Origin: Prevotella sp.
Lineage (GTDB): Bacteria; Bacteroidota; Bacteroidia; Bacteroidales; Bacteroidaceae
Length of the DNA: 64,000 nt
Direction: 5' to 3'
Assembly (NCBI GenBank): GCA_052356385.1
Contig: DAWDAD010000007.1
Span: forward strand, 6,465 to 70,464
Positions within the stretch are counted from its first letter, which is position 1. Every line of letters begins with the position of its first letter. The notes under the pieces were generated by a model that was not told where the DNA came from, did not search any database, and was given only the letters and a program-made list of their open reading frames with translations. Both the position numbers and the translations under genes were made by a program. Shown here one piece after another: positions 60,288-64,000 of the stretch.

Positions 60288-60420
60288 CAAGTTTCGCACA
60301 GATAATCTGCGCTAACATATGTTTTTGGGGCCGTTAGCGCTGATTATTCACGGATAATCTGCGCTAACGTGCTTTTTTCACACCATTAGCGCAGATTATC
60401 TGCAAATAAATTGCGCTAAC
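60288..60420. repeat. BIME-like array of ataatYtgcgctaa units, copy 2 (5 units)
   Basis: Same caagtttcgcacagataat start as copy 1. Confidence 0.8.
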
Positions 60421-60432
60421 GTTTTTCCCCAC

Positions 60433-60631
60433 ACGCCCTGAAAGGGCAGAAGCTCCTAGCCCAGGGCAATCGCCCTGGGTATAATAGCAGTCAACAAAGC
60501 GCCCTGAAAGGGCAAAAGCTTTATAAATTGTCAGGTATTTGAAAGCTTTTGCCCTTACAGGGCGACAGGTTTGCATCATAATAACCCAGGGCGATTGCCC
60601 TGGGCTAGGAGCTTCTGCCCTTTCAGGGCGT
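60433..60631. repeat. REPIN/MITE-like element with perfect 48-bp terminal inverted repeats
   Basis: acgccctgaaagggcagaagctcctagcccagggcaatcgccctgggt and its reverse complement at 60584-60631. Confidence 0.9.
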
Positions 60632-60677
60632 ATTGGCTGTGACTAATGACACACCCTCCATCTCAAAACTCCCACAC

Positions 60678-63587
60678 TTACTTCTTACTCTTCGGCGCCT
60701 TGCTGAATTTATACATCAAATGCAGCATCGCATAGCTTGGCAGGGTATTGTTCCATTTCTCAGTCTTGCCCTGTCCGCCCACCTCATACACGGTGCTCGA
60801 CAGATTCTGAAGAATATCAAAAGCCTCTGCCTTCAGCGTCAGCTTGCCTTTGCAGAACGAGCGGGATAGCGAGGCATTCCATACCAGATCACTGGTGTTA
60901 AACGACTTCTCGCTGTAACCACGCCTGCAATATTCCTTCAGGTCGGTAGAGAGCGAAATGCCCAGAGGCAAGGTGTAAGTCATGTTGCCACCATACTCAA
61001 AATCATAGGCATTCAATTTCTCGAAATTGCTGCGGTCGCTCGTACCATGCTTCCACTCCAGCTTTCCACCCAAGTTGATGCTCAACTTGTCTTTCTGATA
61101 CTTGAAGTACAAACTGTTACCCAACTCAGTTCTGAGTACATAGCAAAGCTGAGTAGAATTATCATCGTAAGCTATATCAAAATCCTTGCGGCGCAAACCG
61201 TTAAACCACAGACGATAATCCAGGCGGAACAAACGGGTCTTGTCAAGAGCCACACCATAAGATGTCGTTGTCCAGAAATCCCAGTTGCCGCCACCACCAA
61301 TATTATCACTCATATAGGTGTAGCCACCCGTCTGCGAATTATAAGTAGTGCGGGTACCCACAAGATTGTGATAGAAATTACCCGTAGCGAAGAATCCCAC
61401 ATACTGCTGATTCTTGAGTCCGTTGAAACGGATGTTTACATCGTAATGATGATACAGCGAATTCTCCAGGTCCGGATTGTTCACCCTCACCGCCAGCGGA
61501 TTCGAATTGTCTCTGTATGGCATGATGCTGAAGAAATCAGGCATCTGACTCTGCATATAATAAGTTAAGCTGATAGACTTCTTATCGTCATCACAACCGT
61601 ACATGAACGTAGGTCTGAATACCACACGGCTTCTCCTGGCTATCGTGTCGAGAGTCGATGTATGGTAATTAAGTCGCTCCTTTTCTTCAGAAATGCTCAG
61701 CGACAGAACCAGGTATGAAGATCTATCATTTCTTTGGAATACAAGTTCACCACCCGTATTCTTTTTCATCGTCTGATAGCTTCTACTCACATCCTCGTCA
61801 ATCACCCCCGAAAGCTGCTCCATATTAGAAGGCAGCGTGGCGAACATCAGTTCCGGATTGGCTATCCAGTCACCGCCAAGCTCATCCAGGCGGTATTTCA
61901 AGCCCTTCACCGATTGATAGGTCTGCGCAAAATCTGGGCCAACCAACACAGTCCATTTAGTATATGGAATTTCTATTCCATACTTAAAGGTGCTTCTTAT
62001 ATTATAGCTGTTCGACCTGCTGTCGTTGTAATAGTTACGCAAGTCCTTCTCGCCAGTCTTGAAATACTCATTGCGGTTCAGGCTGAAAGACTCGTTTGGC
62101 TTAGAGCTGGCATAGCTTCCATTCAAATTCAGTTCTATTCTATCACCCCATGGCAACTTATACCATACCGAAGCAGTCTGACTACCTGTGAATGCATGCA
62201 CTTTAGAGCGTGATTGATAGAGCGACCGGTTGGTGATGATGTCGTGCAGGCTGCCACTAACATTCTGTGCAAAGGTAGAATCGATGGTCTGCCTGATATC
62301 GCCCCATCTTTCAGGATTGGCAGAATAGGTAGCACTGAGGTTTGACGAAGATGACTTTCTGTCGGAGTAGTCGATACGGGTATCCAACCATACTCCCAAC
62401 TTTCCATCCACCTGGAAGTTATTGTAGAGGTTGAAACTATGGTTGTCGCTGCGCGAATCACTGATACTTCTACCGAAGATATTGCCTGTAGAGGCAAAAT
62501 TCTCCTGCGAACTGTGGGTCAAGTCATGCGTATTGTCCCAAGCAAACGTAACGTTTCCCTGCTCTCTTATCATCTGACTCTTCGATGAAGCATTAAAGTC
62601 AACTCCCACTTGGCGGGTAGTCTTTTGTCCCTGCGGACTGTTGGAAGGCGACCAGTCGCCCTGACTTCCCGGTTTTCGTGTTTCGTTCTTGTTATTCATG
62701 TTGCCGAATACAGAGATTCGTGAATTGTCAGTGTAGTAGAGTCCGAAGAGACGAGCCAGATAGCGGTCTTCGCTACCCCCGGCAGCCTCCATGTTGGCGA
62801 TGTATCCACGGGAGTACTCACGCTTCAGGGCCACATCCATCACATAGTCTTTCTTCTCCATCTCCTTCCCCATGAGTCGGCTTTTTTCAGAAGAACGGTC
62901 ATACACCTTCAGTTCCTTTACGGTATAGTAAGGAAGATTGTCGAGCATCACCTGGTTCTTTCCCTTGAAAAAGTCTTTTCCGTTAAGGAGCAGATAATCT
63001 ATCTTCTTGCCGTTTACGTAAATATCGCCGTTACTCTTCATTTCAGCTCCCGGCATCTGTCTGATAAGAGCGTCGAGCATGGAGCCATCAGGCACATTGA
63101 ATGCACTGGCGTTAAAGACGAGCGTGTCGCCACGGTAAGCCAGCTTCACCTTGGTACCTGTCACCACCACGTCGTCGAGGGCAACATCCTGATTGAATTT
63201 CTTCTTGAGCAAAAGCGAAGGAAATGAGAAATTTTTATTGCGTGCTATGTATTTGATGGTATGATTGATACTGTTCGTCTCATAGCCTTCACACTCTGCC
63301 TTGACGATATAAGTAGCGGGACGTGCTGGGACTTGAGTATGATAAAAGAGGTGTTTTTCCCATCCACCCGTAGTCATGGTATCTATCACGTTGCTGTCCT
63401 TGTCCATCACCGTGACAAAGGCCTTCAGATAGGCCTGGGTAAACGAATCTTTCACGTCACCATAAATTTCTACTTTATGCTCTTTCTTTTTCTTTTCTTG
63501 CTGTTGCTGCAGATTGTGCAGGTTGCCACGAGCATAGGTCGGCAATACAGCCATCAGAAACAAGATAATCAAGTTAATAGATTTCAT
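60678..63587 (-). CDS. Outer-membrane beta-barrel family protein, copy 2
   Basis: 969 aa, near-identical to copy 1 at offset 3467 bp. Confidence 0.85.
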   Translation of the reverse strand: MKSINLIILFLMAVLPTYARGNLHNLQQQQEKKKKEHKVEIYGDVKDSFTQAYLKAFVTVMDKDSNVIDTMTTGGWEKHLFYHTQVPARPATYIVKAECEGYETNSINHTIKYIARNKNFSFPSLLLKKKFNQDVALDDVVVTGTKVKLAYRGDTLVFNASAFNVPDGSMLDALIRQMPGAEMKSNGDIYVNGKKIDYLLLNGKDFFKGKNQVMLDNLPYYTVKELKVYDRSSEKSRLMGKEMEKKDYVMDVALKREYSRGYIANMEAAGGSEDRYLARLFGLYYTDNSRISVFGNMNNKNETRKPGSQGDWSPSNSPQGQKTTRQVGVDFNASSKSQMIREQGNVTFAWDNTHDLTHSSQENFASTGNIFGRSISDSRSDNHSFNLYNNFQVDGKLGVWLDTRIDYSDRKSSSSNLSATYSANPERWGDIRQTIDSTFAQNVSGSLHDIITNRSLYQSRSKVHAFTGSQTASVWYKLPWGDRIELNLNGSYASSKPNESFSLNRNEYFKTGEKDLRNYYNDSRSNSYNIRSTFKYGIEIPYTKWTVLVGPDFAQTYQSVKGLKYRLDELGGDWIANPELMFATLPSNMEQLSGVIDEDVSRSYQTMKKNTGGELVFQRNDRSSYLVLSLSISEEKERLNYHTSTLDTIARRSRVVFRPTFMYGCDDDKKSISLTYYMQSQMPDFFSIMPYRDNSNPLAVRVNNPDLENSLYHHYDVNIRFNGLKNQQYVGFFATGNFYHNLVGTRTTYNSQTGGYTYMSDNIGGGGNWDFWTTTSYGVALDKTRLFRLDYRLWFNGLRRKDFDIAYDDNSTQLCYVLRTELGNSLYFKYQKDKLSINLGGKLEWKHGTSDRSNFEKLNAYDFEYGGNMTYTLPLGISLSTDLKEYCRRGYSEKSFNTSDLVWNASLSRSFCKGKLTLKAEAFDILQNLSSTVYEVGGQGKTEKWNNTLPSYAMLHLMYKFSKAPKSKK

Positions 63588-63804
63588 ATTTTACCATTTT
63601 AGTTATTATTCACCACATTCTTTCATCTACCGTATTGCCCCCATCAGGCAGCCAATATACTGATAGATTTTGCAAAGATACAGTTTTTATATTAGAATGT
63701 TGCATAATGGTCTGCATTTTAATCTTTATTATCTTTTTTATTATAGGTATAAAGTGCACTTTTCCCGCCAGGCATCAAAAAAGAAAGTCTCCCGCCAGGC
63801 GTCC

Positions 63805-63972
63805 CGGCGGATTTGAAATCCGCCGTAAAAAAAGGTTCGACCTATTAAAACCGGGGGATTTGCAATCCCCCAACAACAACCCCAAAAAGCACAAACTGGT
63901 TGTTGCGGATTGCAAATCCGCAAAGCCTAAATAGGTTAGGACATTTTTTAACGGCGGATTGCAAATCCGCCG
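63805..63972. repeat. REP cluster of four GGAT-N5-ATCC palindromes
   Basis: 63805-63825, 63853-63871, 63903-63923, 63952-63972. Confidence 0.85.
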
Positions 63973-64000
63973 AGCACCTAGCGGGGGCGGGGGATCAAAT

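Noticed and set aside
60364..60579. 71-aa ORF, and ORFs at 63635-63934 and 63741-63923
   Set aside because: Translations of REP/BIME repeats
58076..61742. Diversity-generating retroelement (TR/VR) explaining the barrel variable patch
   Set aside because: Differences are not adenine-specific, include synonymous changes, and no reverse transcriptase is present

Overview
Bacteroidota chromosomal segment, most likely Prevotella/Segatella (copri-like). This rests on TAnnTTTG -7 promoter boxes, SusC/SusD and the lysS-gpsA-pgi order; the taxon call is inference. Core content: carbonic anhydrase, PHP phosphatase, uracil permease, a TolC-HlyD-MFS efflux operon with AraC, a hybrid kinase plus sigma54 activator flanking a sigma54-promoted small secreted protein, GH3 xylosidase, a fucose locus (GH29, fucIAKP, susCD), pgi/gpsA/lysS, a GH89 plus HGSNAT-like pair, menI/F/D/B, queF plus a Q-precursor transporter with a probable preQ1 riboswitch, hsp20, a PiT transporter and two tandem near-identical OM beta-barrel genes. 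Two accessory zones stand out. (i) An AT-rich SF1 helicase cassette (4.6-7.6 kb) bracketed by diverged copies of the 3' ends of both neighbouring genes. (ii) A decayed island (21.4-24.6 kb) with a chimeric AAA ATPase, a DUF2335 pair, a broken AbiF/Abi_2 HEPN gene that still has its upstream structured RNA, and two nested inverted-repeat elements. Several REP/BIME-like repeat families occur, one translated in frame inside AraC. No rRNA, tRNA, CRISPR array or intact transposase/integrase was seen. All calls are by eye, without database searches.
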